A stretch of 64,000 nucleotides of DNA from an uncultured Candidatus Saccharibacteria bacterium (GCA_964402535.1 CAYOCH010000001.1:8286-72285), one strand, 5' to 3'; positions 46,752 through 56,777 are shown, counted from the first letter of the stretch. Notes: generated by a model from the sequence alone, not told the origin. Translations and numbers: made by a program.

Positions 46752-47753
46752 TTAGCCGCCATTATTGATACATCCGGTCTGAACCGCATTATTCACATCC
46801 GCCTGCCAGGGGCTGAAATTGCCCGTCGCCTTTAACAGGCACGCTGCTGCTGAAGCACTGCAATTGAGATTCGCGGCCGCATCTATGCACCTTTGCGGTA
46901 TCGAACTGCCGGGAATCGGGTTGCCGCCCTTGAAACCGGCAGCGCAATTCAAGCTAGTGCCGTCCGGCAATCCTGCCGCCGCGGTGCACGCCTTATTGTC
47001 GTAACATGATCCATTCCTTTGAAGAAGCACCTGGAACGCGCCGACGGCGCTCGATCCACTGCCCCATTTGTAGTTGATGAGATTCTTCCCGCAGCTGCTC
47101 TCTGGGCGAGCGATGCACGCGAACGTGTTCGCCTCCACATTTGAGAGTGAATAGCCTCCGGCGGCTGCAGCCGCCTGTACTGCAGCAGGATCACAGGCGC
47201 TTCCGGCAGGAGCGCCCGGTAAGACACTATTCAACGTTCCGGCATTTATGCCCGCCGTGTTCTGTTCGACAGACTGACTGAGGCTGCCTTTAAGCGGGAT
47301 GCACCCTGTCTCTTGGATATTGCCCGAGGTGATGAGTGAGGACCACGTACCACCCACGGCACCCGGGTTATACAAGACCGCCATGATCGCGTCGACGATC
47401 ATCCAACCGGCGAGCGCGATGACGATGCCGGCGATCGTGTTCCAGAGCACCGACTTCGCATGTTCCCTGCCGCCCGCGTTCACCGGGTTTAGCACGAACA
47501 AGAAGCCGGCATAGGCGATCATGATCGGCGCGACGAACACGATCGCGATGGTGATAGAGAAGGCGATGATGTTGTTCGCCACCATGATGAGCATTCCCCA
47601 CCCCGCGGCGCAGGTCTCTGAGCCCAGGATGCCGCTCACCTGCTGTGGCGGGATGATCGGACCGAAGAACGGTATAGCCGCGTGCGCAGTGTACGGGATA
47701 GTGAACGAGCCGATGACGAACAGCAGCGCGATAATCGCGACATGAGAACGCAT
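46752..47753 (-). CDS. TrbC/VirB2-like pilin fused to a Cys-rich lysozyme-like (SLT) domain
   Basis: Signal ending AHA; IAYAGFLFV...AKSVLWNTIAGIVIALAGW pilin hairpin; ARPESS...SAVGAFQ...FSPW. Confidence 0.7.
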   Translation of the reverse strand: MRSHVAIIALLFVIGSFTIPYTAHAAIPFFGPIIPPQQVSGILGSETCAAGWGMLIMVANNIIAFSITIAIVFVAPIMIAYAGFLFVLNPVNAGGREHAKSVLWNTIAGIVIALAGWMIVDAIMAVLYNPGAVGGTWSSLITSGNIQETGCIPLKGSLSQSVEQNTAGINAGTLNSVLPGAPAGSACDPAAVQAAAAAGGYSLSNVEANTFACIARPESSCGKNLINYKWGSGSSAVGAFQVLLQRNGSCYDNKACTAAAGLPDGTSLNCAAGFKGGNPIPGSSIPQRCIDAAANLNCSASAAACLLKATGNFSPWQADVNNAVQTGCINNGG

Positions 47754-47831
47754 AGCCCTATCATACCTCCCTGCCGCCTCCCCGAAGCGGCTTTCCCCAC
47801 TGCGGCTCATCTGCTATGGTTTGTGCAGTTC

Positions 47832-47902
47832 GGGCCTATAGTTTAATGGTAGAACGTCGGTCTCCAAAACCGTCGGTCGAGGTTCGATTCCTCGTGGGCC
47901 CG
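47832..47902 (+). tRNA. tRNA-Trp(CCA)
   Basis: GGGCCTATAGTTTAATGGTAGAAC...CTCCAAA...GGTTCGATTCC. Confidence 0.92.
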
Positions 47903-47905
47903 CAT

Positions 47906-47934
47906 AAAAAAGAGTCAACCACAAGGGTTGACTC
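47906..47934 (-). terminator. Intrinsic terminator for a minus-strand transcript
   Basis: GAGTCAACC-5 nt-GGTTGACTC followed by U6 on the minus strand. Confidence 0.75.
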
Positions 47935-48210
47935 AGGACACGGGCGGCTAGAGAAGAAAGAAAGCAGAAAGAAGAGGAAGACGCCGTGTGGGGGGGTGGG
48001 ACAAGCATAGGCGAGTCCCGAAGGTACAGAGAGGAGAAGAGCGGTGGAAGAAGGATGAAAGAAGTGAAGGTGAATGGGTTTGGGTGAGGAGGAGAGAAAT
48101 TAGTAGCAAAAACGGCTACGCAATCTCTCGCTCCCTGCCAAACCGTCGACACCATTTCAAACTCCTTCCACCTATATATACGGCCGCCGAGGCCGAAAAG
48201 TTTCAAAGCA

Positions 48211-48234
48211 ACAGCCCCGCATTTGCGGGGCTGT
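48211..48234 (-). terminator. rpmG terminator hairpin
   Basis: ACAGCCCCGC-ATTT-GCGGGGCTGT. Confidence 0.7.
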
Positions 48235-48237
48235 GGC

Positions 48238-48393
48238 TCATTTCTTGGTCTCCTTGAAGAGGACGCGCTTCTTAAGCACAGGGTCGAACTTCATGAGCTC
48301 GATCTTGCGCTCCGTGGACTTCTTATTCTTGCGCGTCCAAATGACGTGCGCCGACTTGGTCGACTTGAGCTTGAGCAGACGGTCTTGAGACAT
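48238..48393 (-). CDS. rpmG: 50S ribosomal protein L33 (Cys-free form)
   Basis: Manual translation MSQDRLLKLKSTKSAHVIWTRKNKKSTERKIELMKFDPVLKKRVLFKETKK; below ORF-track cutoff. Confidence 0.92.
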   Translation of the reverse strand: MSQDRLLKLKSTKSAHVIWTRKNKKSTERKIELMKFDPVLKKRVLFKETKK

Positions 48394-48420
48394 GCGAGAA
48401 ATCTAACAGAATAGGCGCGT

Positions 48421-51093
48421 TTAGGCAACTGCCGCTGCCTTCTTAGCGCGTGACGTACCCTTCTTCACCTCAAACGCCGGCTTGTCGCCCTTGATCGAGA
48501 CCGTGACCGTGCCGCCCTCCATGACGCCATGGTCGACCATCATGCCCGCAAGCGGCGTGAGGATCTCGTCCTGTACCGTGCGGCGCAAGGGGCGAGCGCC
48601 GTACTGCGGGTTGTAGCCGCGCTCGGCGAGCCAGCTCCGCACCTCCGGCGAGATGACGAGCGTGATGCGCTTCGCGGCGAGGCGCTTCATCACCTCCTCG
48701 ACCTGGTTGTCGACGATCCGGCCGAGCGCCTCCCTGGCGAGCACGTCGAAGATGATGATGTCGTCAAGACGATTCAAGAACTCGGGGCGGAAGTGCTCCT
48801 TAAGCGCATCCAGCACCTTCTCTTTGGTCTCTTCGTAGCGGGTCGCGTCGGTGGCGTCCGCCTTGCCGAAGCCGATATGCGCGAGCCGGTCGATATACTC
48901 GCCGCCGATATTGCTCGTGAGCACGATGATCGTGTTCTTAAAGTTGACCTTGCGGCCTTTAGAGTCGGTTAGGTGACCGGAGTCGAGCACCTGCAAGAGG
49001 ATGTTGAATACCTCGGGATGCGCCTTCTCGATCTCGTCGAAGAGGACGACGGCGTACGGGCGGTGGCGGATGCGCTCGGTCAAGGTCCCCGACTCTTCGT
49101 AGCCGACATACCCTGGCGGAGCACCGATCAGCTTGGCGACCGAGTGCTTCTCCATGAATTCGCTCATGTCGACGCGGACGAGCGCGTCCGGATCGTTGAA
49201 CATGAACTCGGCGAGGCGGCGTGAGAGCTCCGTCTTGCCGACACCGGTCGGACCGAGGAAGAGGAATGAGCCGATCGGCCGGTTGGGGTCGCTGATCCCG
49301 ACGCGCGAGCGCTTCACGGCGTCCGCAACCTTCTTCACCGCCGCGTCCTGGCCGATGATGCTCATCTTCAAGGACTCCTCCATGCGCGAGAGCTTGGCGG
49401 CCTCCTCTTCGAGCATGCGCGCGACCGGGATGCCGGTCCAGCGCGACACGACCGCGGCGATATCCTGCTCCGTCACCTCCTCGTTCAAGACGCGGCGCGA
49501 CTTCTGCAGCGTCTTCAAGCGCTTCAGCTTGGTCTCGAGATCCTTCTGGATCTGCGGGATCCGGCCGTAGCGGATCTCGGCGACCGTGCCGAGGTCGGCA
49601 GCGATCTCGGCATTATCTGCCTGCACCTTCAAGGTCTCGAGCTCAGCCTTGGCGGCGCGGATGCCCGTGAGCACCTCCTTCTCGTTCTTCCACTTGAGCT
49701 CGAGCTCGCTGGTCTTCTCTTTCAAATCGGCCATCTCCTTGTCGATATCCTTGATGCGCTCCTTGATCTGCTTCGCATCTTCGCTCTCGAGGTCCTTGGC
49801 GAGCGCCTGCTTCTCGATCTCGAGCCGGCGGATCTTGCGGTCCGTCTCTTCGAGCAAGGGCGGCTTGTTCTCAAGCGCGATGCGCAGCCCAGAGGCGGCC
49901 TCGTCGATCAGGTCGATCGCCTTGTCCGGCAAGAAGCGGTCGGAGATGTAGCGCGACGAGAGCTCGACGGCCGCGACAATCGCGCCGTCAGTGATCCGAA
50001 CGCCGTGGAAGAGCTCGTACTTATCGCGTAGACCACGCAAGACGGCGATGCCGTCCTCGACCGAGGGCTCCTGCACGAACACCGGCTGGAAGCGGCGCGT
50101 GAGCGCAGCATCCTTCTCGATATATTTCTGGTATTCCTTCAAAGTCGTAGCGCCGATAATACGGATCTCGCCGCGCGAGAGCGCAGGTTTCAGCATGTTT
50201 GAGGCGTCCAAGGAGCCCTCTGCTCCGCCGGCACCCACGAGCGTGTGAAGCTCGTCGACGAAGATGATCGCCTTACCCTCTGCGCGCTCGACCTCCTTCA
50301 TCACGTTCTTCATGCGCTCCTCGAACTCGCCGCGGTACTTGGTGCCCGCGATCATGAGCCCGAGATCGAGCGAGAGGAGCTCCTTGCCCTTAAGCGATTC
50401 GGGCACATCGCCCTGCGCCATGCGCGCCGCGAGCCCCTCGGCGATCGCCGTCTTGCCGACGCCCGCCTCGCCGATCAAGACCGGGTTGTTCTTGGTGCGG
50501 CGCGCGAGGATCTGGATCACGCGATTGATCTCGGTATCGCGACCGATCACCGGGTCGAGCTTGTTCTCTGCTGCAAGCTTGGTGAGATTGCGGGAGTACT
50601 TGGCGAGCGCGCGGAAGCGCTTGGGCTCTGCACCCTGGCCATCCTTAGAGCTCTTGAGCTCCTTCAAGATCGCGAGCGCCGCGTCGCGACCGATCGAGAA
50701 GCGCGCGAGGAGATCTGCCGCCGGCCCCGGGTGCTCGATTACCGCCAAGAAGAGATGTTCCGTGCCGACGAACGTGTCGTTCATCCGCGCAGCAATCTTG
50801 CCGGACGCTTCGAGCGCCTGTGCGAGGTCAGGGGTGAGATAGATCTGATACGAAGGCGAGAGGACGGAGGCCGTCTCTGGCGCCTCGAGATGCTCGAGCA
50901 CAGCGTCCGCGAGCATGATCGTGTCGACCTCCATCCGGTCGAGTATCGAAAACACGAGCGACTCCTCCTGCAGCACGAGTGCGGCAAGCAGGTGGAGCGG
51001 CGAGACGTGGTTCTGGCCGCGCTCGATCGCGAGCTCGTGCGCGCGCCGCACGGCTTCCTTGGCTTTGGTGGTGAAATTATTGAATGGAGGCAT
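48421..51093 (-). CDS. clpB: ClpB chaperone
   Basis: GEAGVGKT and [11 protein letters not shown]+ modules, long M-domain coiled coil, GAPPGYVGY. Confidence 0.93.
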   Translation of the reverse strand: MPPFNNFTTKAKEAVRRAHELAIERGQNHVSPLHLLAALVLQEESLVFSILDRMEVDTIMLADAVLEHLEAPETASVLSPSYQIYLTPDLAQALEASGKIAARMNDTFVGTEHLFLAVIEHPGPAADLLARFSIGRDAALAILKELKSSKDGQGAEPKRFRALAKYSRNLTKLAAENKLDPVIGRDTEINRVIQILARRTKNNPVLIGEAGVGKTAIAEGLAARMAQGDVPESLKGKELLSLDLGLMIAGTKYRGEFEERMKNVMKEVERAEGKAIIFVDELHTLVGAGGAEGSLDASNMLKPALSRGEIRIIGATTLKEYQKYIEKDAALTRRFQPVFVQEPSVEDGIAVLRGLRDKYELFHGVRITDGAIVAAVELSSRYISDRFLPDKAIDLIDEAASGLRIALENKPPLLEETDRKIRRLEIEKQALAKDLESEDAKQIKERIKDIDKEMADLKEKTSELELKWKNEKEVLTGIRAAKAELETLKVQADNAEIAADLGTVAEIRYGRIPQIQKDLETKLKRLKTLQKSRRVLNEEVTEQDIAAVVSRWTGIPVARMLEEEAAKLSRMEESLKMSIIGQDAAVKKVADAVKRSRVGISDPNRPIGSFLFLGPTGVGKTELSRRLAEFMFNDPDALVRVDMSEFMEKHSVAKLIGAPPGYVGYEESGTLTERIRHRPYAVVLFDEIEKAHPEVFNILLQVLDSGHLTDSKGRKVNFKNTIIVLTSNIGGEYIDRLAHIGFGKADATDATRYEETKEKVLDALKEHFRPEFLNRLDDIIIFDVLAREALGRIVDNQVEEVMKRLAAKRITLVISPEVRSWLAERGYNPQYGARPLRRTVQDEILTPLAGMMVDHGVMEGGTVTVSIKGDKPAFEVKKGTSRAKKAAAVA

Positions 51094-51121
51094 AGCGGTG
51101 CGGAATAGCTAGTAAAGAGAA

Positions 51122-51889
51122 CTACTTCGCGGCCGTCGTCGTTGCAGCAGTCGTCGTCGCGGTGAGGAGCGCCGTGATCGTGTTCGCACTGAGGAGGAGG
51201 CCAGCCGTACCTCCTGCCGCGATGCCGATCAGATCACCCGAGAGGTCGACTGCTGCGCTGCCGGCGCCGATGTCGGGAAGCGTCGTGTAGATGCCCTTCG
51301 ACCCGACGCGAGCGACGATGCCGGTCGAAGCGGCACCGTCTGCACCGATCGCGAGCACGGTCTGACCGAGCTTCAGGTTGGCAGCACTGATGAGATCGGG
51401 CGAGGCCATCTTGGGGAGCGCTGCAGAGTCGGCAAACCCGTAGATCGCGATACCCTTCCCTTCATGCGAGAGCGAGGCAGGGACGAACGCGCCGTTCGTG
51501 AACTCGACCAGCACCTCCTTGGTGAGCGCGTCCTGCGCCGCAGTCGCGACCGCACGCGACTTAGGCAGATAGGTGCCGATGGCGAGGGCGGGCGTCGAAG
51601 TGCCGGTATCTGCCGCGTAGATTGCGATCGCACGCGTAGCGTCAGCGCCGATCGCCGCGGTGACCAGGTCCTGGTTCGACGGCGCGGGCGCCTGCTGGGT
51701 CACGGCGGGAGCGGCCGCTGCGACCGTCTCAATCGTGCGTTCGACGACGCGATTCACCGTCTGCGTGACGAATGCGGGTGCGCGGTCGAGGAGCGATACG
51801 GTCAAGATGCCGGTCGCGACCGACGTCACGAAGTTCACGAGGATCGTGAGGAGAATCAGCTGCGATTTCGTCAGTTCCTCTATGTTCAT
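51122..51889 (-). CDS. Membrane-anchored degenerate trypsin-like protein
   Basis: N-terminal TM; LKLGQTVLAIG and GSAAVDLSGDLIGI resemble S1C fold without catalytic GNSGG. Confidence 0.65.
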   Translation of the reverse strand: MNIEELTKSQLILLTILVNFVTSVATGILTVSLLDRAPAFVTQTVNRVVERTIETVAAAAPAVTQQAPAPSNQDLVTAAIGADATRAIAIYAADTGTSTPALAIGTYLPKSRAVATAAQDALTKEVLVEFTNGAFVPASLSHEGKGIAIYGFADSAALPKMASPDLISAANLKLGQTVLAIGADGAASTGIVARVGSKGIYTTLPDIGAGSAAVDLSGDLIGIAAGGTAGLLLSANTITALLTATTTAATTTAAK

Positions 51890-51901
51890 ATCGGTATAAT
51901 G

Positions 51902-53026
51902 CTACCCGCGACTACTGCTGTCAATGAACGCGACCGACGCGGCGAGCGCACTCGCGAACCGCCCGAGATCCCGCTCTGAAACGCGCGGACCCCACGAGAT
52001 CCGAAGCGTCGATTTCGAGCGTTCTGCGTCTCCGGTGAGGGCAAAGATCGCGCGCGAACCCTCTTGCGAATCCGTCTCACAGGCGCTCCGCGTCGAGATA
52101 GCGAATCCGGCTTCATCGAGGAGCGCCACCAGGTAGTCTGTATCGCGACCGGGTAACGAAACATTAAGGACGTTCGGCGCCTGCGCTTTGCCCTCGTTGA
52201 TATATACGTTCGAAACATCGCGCATGATTCGTCCGACGAGCTCCGAGCGCGCCGCCGCTGCGACAGCGCGAAACGTCTCGCGATTGTTCGCGGCAGTGTG
52301 CAGTGCCGTCGCAAATCGCGCTGCAAGCTCGGGCGACTCGCTGCCAGAGCGCAAGCCGCGCTCTTGGCCGCCGCCTGCATATATAGGCACGAGCGGGATC
52401 GTGCGGTGCGCGATCACGGCGCCGATCCCGCGCGCGTCGCCGACCTTCGAGCCATCGAAGACGAGCAGGTCGGCGGCAAAATGAGCGCGGGTGACCTTCT
52501 CCGTCAAGGGCGCCTGTGAGGCGTCGACGTGCAGCAGTACCTTCCCTATCGCCTGTTTCACCTCGCGCGTATTCCAGATCACACCCGTCTCGCCGCAGAC
52601 GGCGTCCATCGAGACGAGAACCGTCTCGGGGCGGATCATCTTCTTGAGTGCGGCGACATCAATGCGCGCATCCTTGATCGGCAACGGCTCCACTGCGACG
52701 CCCTCTGCCGCAAGCAGTTTCGCGTTCTCGACGATCGAGGCATGCGCGCTCGGCAGATAGAGCACGTGCAGGTTGTTGCGGCCGGGCGCATCAGCGTCTG
52801 CACTCTGCCGCAACGCTCGCACATGCCCGAGCATCGCGAGCGCGTTGCCCTCGGTCGCGCCGCTCGTGAAGAGGACGTCGTCGCTCTGCACCTCGGCGAG
52901 CCGCGCGATCGCCGTCCGCGCCTCTTCGAGCACACGCTTCGCCTCCCGCCCCTCCGTATGCGGCGAGGACGGGTTCCCGGTCGCGCCGGCAGCGGCGTCG
53001 AGATAGACCCTGGAGCGCGAGAACAT
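51902..53026 (-). CDS. Class V PLP aminotransferase / cysteine desulfurase (IscS-like)
   Basis: YLDAAA, FTSGATE, HVDASQ, DGSK, GGGQERGLRSG, STRSAC. Confidence 0.88.
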   Translation of the reverse strand: MFSRSRVYLDAAAGATGNPSSPHTEGREAKRVLEEARTAIARLAEVQSDDVLFTSGATEGNALAMLGHVRALRQSADADAPGRNNLHVLYLPSAHASIVENAKLLAAEGVAVEPLPIKDARIDVAALKKMIRPETVLVSMDAVCGETGVIWNTREVKQAIGKVLLHVDASQAPLTEKVTRAHFAADLLVFDGSKVGDARGIGAVIAHRTIPLVPIYAGGGQERGLRSGSESPELAARFATALHTAANNRETFRAVAAAARSELVGRIMRDVSNVYINEGKAQAPNVLNVSLPGRDTDYLVALLDEAGFAISTRSACETDSQEGSRAIFALTGDAERSKSTLRISWGPRVSERDLGRFASALAASVAFIDSSSRG

Positions 53027-53083
53027 AGCAGTATTCTACACGACATTGCAGATACGCCATTTTTGTGATGAAATGGGGACATT

Positions 53084-54553
53084 ATGGCGCGGGAACAGCG
53101 ACCGCCCGTCATCGCGGTGATGGGTCACATAGACCACGGCAAGTCCTCTCTCTTGGACTATATCCGCAAGGCCAACGTCGTCGCCGGCGAGGCGGGCGGC
53201 ATCACGCAGCACGTCGCCGCCTACATCGCTGAGCACGCGGAGCGCAAGGTCACCTTTCTTGATACACCGGGCCACGAGGCGTTCAAGTCGCTCCGCACGC
53301 GCGGCGCGGCCGCAGCGGACATCGCGATCCTCGTCGTCGCGGCAGACGAGGGTGTGATGCCGCAGACCTTGGACGCGCTCGCCGCCATCACGGAGGCCAA
53401 GATCCCCTACGTCATCGCGATCACCAAGATCGACAAGAACAACGCCGACATCGGCCACACCAAGAACTCGCTCATCGAGAACGGCATCTATATCGAGGGC
53501 ATGGGCGGCGACATCGCCTATGCGCCGATCTCGTCGAAGACAGGCGAAGGCGTACCCGAGCTCCTCGATCTCGTGCTCCTCGCCTCTGACCTTGCAGAAC
53601 TCACGGCCGACCCCGCAGCGAGCGCGACCGGCTTCGTCCTCGAGTCGACGCAGGACCCTAAGCGCGGCGCCTCTGCGACGCTCATCATCAAGGACGGCAC
53701 GCTCACCAAAGACGGATTCGTCGTCGCAGGCGACGCATACGCGCCGATCCGCTTCATAGAAGACTTCCGCGGTGCTCGCATCGAGAGCGCCGGCCCCTCT
53801 GCGCCGGTGCGCATCTCGAGCTTCTCTAAGCTGCCGGTCGCCGGCTCTCTCTTCTCTATCGCCGCAACGAAGAAAGAGGCAGAGTCGCTCACCGCCGAGG
53901 CTGCTAAAGCGCAGGCGGCGACCGTCGAGCGCAGCGCACTCGCCGAGGGCCTCGCAGAACTTCCGCTCGTGGTGAAGGCAGACGTCGCAGGCTCGGTCGA
54001 CGCGATAGCGCACGAGCTCAAGAAGGTCACCCACGAGCGCGCGATCGTACGCGTCATCGCCTCGGGCGTGGGCAGCGTCTCTGAGGGCGACGTCAAGACG
54101 GCGTATGCCGCGAGCGGCGCGATCATCGCCTTCAACGTCGGCACTGATCCGATCGCGAGCGAGATCGCGCTCCGCGATGATGTCGGCATCTATACGTTCT
54201 CGATCATCTATGAGCTCTCAGAGAAAGTGCGTGAGCTCCTCGCTGCGAGCGTGCCGAAGGTCGAGACCGAAAAGGAGATCGGCCGCGCACTCGTGCTCAA
54301 GCCCTTCTCTTCGACCGCAAAGAAGCAGGTGCTCGGCGTGCGCTATGTATCGGGTGCGCTCTCAGTCGGCGACCGCGTCAAGCTCATCCGCAAGGGTGAA
54401 GAGATCGGGCGCGGCAGCATCGCGAACTTGCAGCAGGCTCGCGCGGACGTGAAGGTGGTCAAGGCCGAGGGCGACTTCGGCACTGAGATCGAGTGCCGCG
54501 CGGCAGCAGCCTACGGCGACGAGATCATCGCCTTCGAGGTGACGCAGGCATGA
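53084..54553 (+). CDS. infB: Translation initiation factor IF-2 (short, no N-terminal extension)
   Basis: [37 protein letters not shown]. Confidence 0.95.
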   Translation: MAREQRPPVIAVMGHIDHGKSSLLDYIRKANVVAGEAGGITQHVAAYIAEHAERKVTFLDTPGHEAFKSLRTRGAAAADIAILVVAADEGVMPQTLDALAAITEAKIPYVIAITKIDKNNADIGHTKNSLIENGIYIEGMGGDIAYAPISSKTGEGVPELLDLVLLASDLAELTADPAASATGFVLESTQDPKRGASATLIIKDGTLTKDGFVVAGDAYAPIRFIEDFRGARIESAGPSAPVRISSFSKLPVAGSLFSIAATKKEAESLTAEAAKAQAATVERSALAEGLAELPLVVKADVAGSVDAIAHELKKVTHERAIVRVIASGVGSVSEGDVKTAYAASGAIIAFNVGTDPIASEIALRDDVGIYTFSIIYELSEKVRELLAASVPKVETEKEIGRALVLKPFSSTAKKQVLGVRYVSGALSVGDRVKLIRKGEEIGRGSIANLQQARADVKVVKAEGDFGTEIECRAAAAYGDEIIAFEVTQA

Positions 54554-54855
54554 GCAAGCAGACCGACCGCGCCGCAGAGATCGTCGCGCACGAGGCGGCA
54601 GAATTTATCGCCCGCGAGGCAGGCACCGAGTCGCTCATCACCGTGATTCGTGCGCAAAGCGTCGCACACGGCGACCGGATGCTCGTGTTCGTGAGCGTCT
54701 TCCCGGCTGACAAGACGCACGCCGCGCTCGCCTTTCTCGACCGGCAGCGTGAAGCATTTTCTGATTATCTGAAAGAGCACATCCGTATGCGCTTACCTCG
54801 CGTCGAGTTCTTGCTCGAGAACGGCGAACATTCAGGAGGCCCGGGCGGGAATTGA
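54550..54855 (+). CDS. rbfA: Ribosome-binding factor A
   Basis: Overlaps infB stop (ATGA); LITV, VFVSVFP, PRVEF pattern. Confidence 0.75.
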   Translation: MSKQTDRAAEIVAHEAAEFIAREAGTESLITVIRAQSVAHGDRMLVFVSVFPADKTHAALAFLDRQREAFSDYLKEHIRMRLPRVEFLLENGEHSGGPGGN

Positions 54856-54908
54856 ACCCGCGCATCGCGGTTTTGCAGACCGCTGTGTTACCACTTCACC
54901 ACCGGGCC
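54837..54908 (-). tRNA. tRNA-Cys(GCA)
   Basis: GGCCCGGTGGTGAAGTGG...CTGCAAA...GGTTCAATTCC; U73. Confidence 0.92.
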
Positions 54909-54950
54909 ATGTGTACGAGAATAACAGAGAAGATAGTATCATCCAAAGAC

Positions 54951-55039
54951 GCCGAGGTGATGGAATGGTAGACATAGGGGACTTAAAATCCCCAGAGGAC
55001 ATAAACACCCTCATGAGAGTTCGAGTCTCTCCCTCGGCA
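54951..55039 (+). tRNA. tRNA-Leu(TAA)
   Basis: GGGGA-CTTAAAA-TCCCC anticodon arm, long variable arm. Confidence 0.92.
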
Positions 55040-55040
55040 C

Positions 55041-55850
55041 ATGACGACGCGGACGAAACGCATAGGGGTCTTCGATTCCGGCTTCGGCGGGCTGCACGTC
55101 CTGCGCTCGATCGTCCGCGAGCTGCCCGACTATGAATACGTCTACTTAGGCGACACCGCCCGCGCACCCTACGGCGACCGGCCGCAGGAGACGATATATG
55201 CGTATACCAAACAGGCGGTAGACTTTCTCTTCTCGCACGGGTGCGGCCTCGTGGTGATCGCCTGCAATACGGCCTCGGCCGACGCGCTGCGCAAGATTCA
55301 AGACGAGTACGGTGCAAAGAAGAAGGTGCTCGGCGTCCTGATCCCTGCAGCTGAAGAGGCGGTCGAGATGACCGCGAACCGCCGCGTCGGCGTGATCGCA
55401 ACGCACAGCACAGTCGAGTCGGGCAAGTTCGTCCGCGAACTCGCCAAGCTCGACGAAGGCGTCGCGGTCTATCAGCAAGCGTGCCCGCTCTTGGTGCCGC
55501 TCGTCGAGGCCGGCGAGCACGACACGCCCGAGATGACGACGATCCTCGAACGCTACCTCGAGCCGCTCAAATCGAGAGACATAGACACGCTCATCCTCGG
55601 CTGCACGCACTACGGGATCCTCGAAGAGAAGATCCGTGCGGCTATCGGGCCCCAGGTCGCGATCGTCTCTGAGGCGCAGGTCGTGCCCAAGAAGCTCGCT
55701 GACTATCTCTCTCACCACAGAGAGATCGAAGAGACGCTCAGCACGACACCCGCCGTGCATTTCTATTCGACTGACCGCACTGACAAGTTCCAGACGCTCG
55801 GCAGCAAGCTCTTCGGCCGACCGATCGAGGTCGAACAGGCTGACCTATAA
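55041..55850 (+). CDS. murI: Glutamate racemase
   Basis: IGVFDSGFGGL, ACNTAS, ILGCTHY. Confidence 0.96.
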   Translation: MTTRTKRIGVFDSGFGGLHVLRSIVRELPDYEYVYLGDTARAPYGDRPQETIYAYTKQAVDFLFSHGCGLVVIACNTASADALRKIQDEYGAKKKVLGVLIPAAEEAVEMTANRRVGVIATHSTVESGKFVRELAKLDEGVAVYQQACPLLVPLVEAGEHDTPEMTTILERYLEPLKSRDIDTLILGCTHYGILEEKIRAAIGPQVAIVSEAQVVPKKLADYLSHHREIEETLSTTPAVHFYSTDRTDKFQTLGSKLFGRPIEVEQADL

Positions 55851-55863
55851 ATCGAACGATTTG

Positions 55864-55936
55864 TGCTCCCACCAGGGCTCGAACCTGGGACCCACTGCTT
55901 AAGAGGCAGTTGCTCTACCAACTGAGCTATAGGAGC
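55864..55936 (-). tRNA. tRNA-Lys(CTT)
   Basis: GCTCCTATAGCTCAGTTGGTAGAGC...CTCTTAA...GGTTCGAGCC. Confidence 0.93.
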
Positions 55937-56028
55937 TGTATAGCGACAGTATACTAGTCGCCTGGTTGTTTCAACTGTGACCTGTGCATAAATGGTAGAC
56001 GTACTCGGTCTTAGGCTATGCTTTCTGA

Positions 56029-56670
56029 ATGGGAAGACATGCAAACCACTTCGACCTGTCATGGACTCACGATCTCGCGTATGTTGTGGGACTCTTAACA
56101 AGCGACGGCAATCTGTCTCCCGATGGTAGACACATTAATCTTACCTCTCGCGACAAGGAACTTGTTGAATATGCTCGCACGATTCTGGGTCTTACAAACA
56201 AGATCGGCAAGAAGGGTCGAGGGGGTTCGTTAACCAAAGACTATTATGTGCTGCAGTTCGGCAGCATACAATTCTATTCCTTTTTGCTTAAGATTGGGCT
56301 GACACCTGCGAAGTCAAAGACGCTAGGGCCGCTTGCGATCCCTCAACATTATTTCTGCGATTTCGTTCGCGGCTGCATCGACGGAGATGGAAACATCAGT
56401 GAGGCCTTGCACCCTGAGAGTTCGCTTATCCAGCTCCGTTTGCGCATTTCATCGGCAAGCCCCGCGTTCTTACGATGGTTGTTGACTCAACTGCGGCGGC
56501 AGTGCGAGGTGCCTGGGGGCTGGATCTATTTAGACAAGAAGAAATCTGTGAGTATGTTATGTTTTGGCAAGAGAGATTCAATCGATATATTACGAAGGGC
56601 GTACGAATATAAATCAGCGTATTTTCTGAGACGAAAATATGCGATTGCTAGGAAATATCTGGGCGAGTAG
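56029..56670 (+). CDS. Free-standing two-motif LAGLIDADG endonuclease-like protein
   Basis: LAYVVGLLTSDGNL and FVRGCIDGDGNI motifs; lower GC. Confidence 0.85.
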   Translation: MGRHANHFDLSWTHDLAYVVGLLTSDGNLSPDGRHINLTSRDKELVEYARTILGLTNKIGKKGRGGSLTKDYYVLQFGSIQFYSFLLKIGLTPAKSKTLGPLAIPQHYFCDFVRGCIDGDGNISEALHPESSLIQLRLRISSASPAFLRWLLTQLRRQCEVPGGWIYLDKKKSVSMLCFGKRDSIDILRRAYEYKSAYFLRRKYAIARKYLGE

Positions 56671-56742
56671 CCGAATTGGTACAGGCGCATGGCTTAGGAC
56701 CATGTCTCGCAAGAGGTGAGGGTTCGAGTCCCTCCTCGCCCA
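56661..56742 (+). tRNA. tRNA-Leu(TAG)
   Basis: CATGG-CTTAGGA-CCATG anticodon arm, variable arm, GGTTCGAGTCC. Confidence 0.92.
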
Positions 56743-56749
56743 CTTGAGC

Positions 56750-56777
56750 TTGACAAACACGTGTTTTCGTGTATTAT
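56750..56777 (+). promoter_or_regulatory. Sigma70 promoter with operator-like palindrome
   Basis: TTGACA-16 nt-TATTAT; AAACACGTGTTT (56755-56766) in the spacer. Confidence 0.65.

Noticed and set aside
47832-47902. UGA recoding (genetic code 25)
   Set aside because: TGA serves as stop in several clear genes (dprA, infB, rpmG) and core ORFs are intact under code 11.
47814-48257. ORFs 47814-48206, 47816-48010 and 47988-48257
   Set aside because: They are low-complexity translations that cross tRNA-Trp, terminators or rpmG.
56029-56670. Group I intron or intein hosting the LAGLIDADG ORF
   Set aside because: Both flanking tRNAs are complete and uninterrupted, there is no room for intron core structure, and no intein termini are seen.
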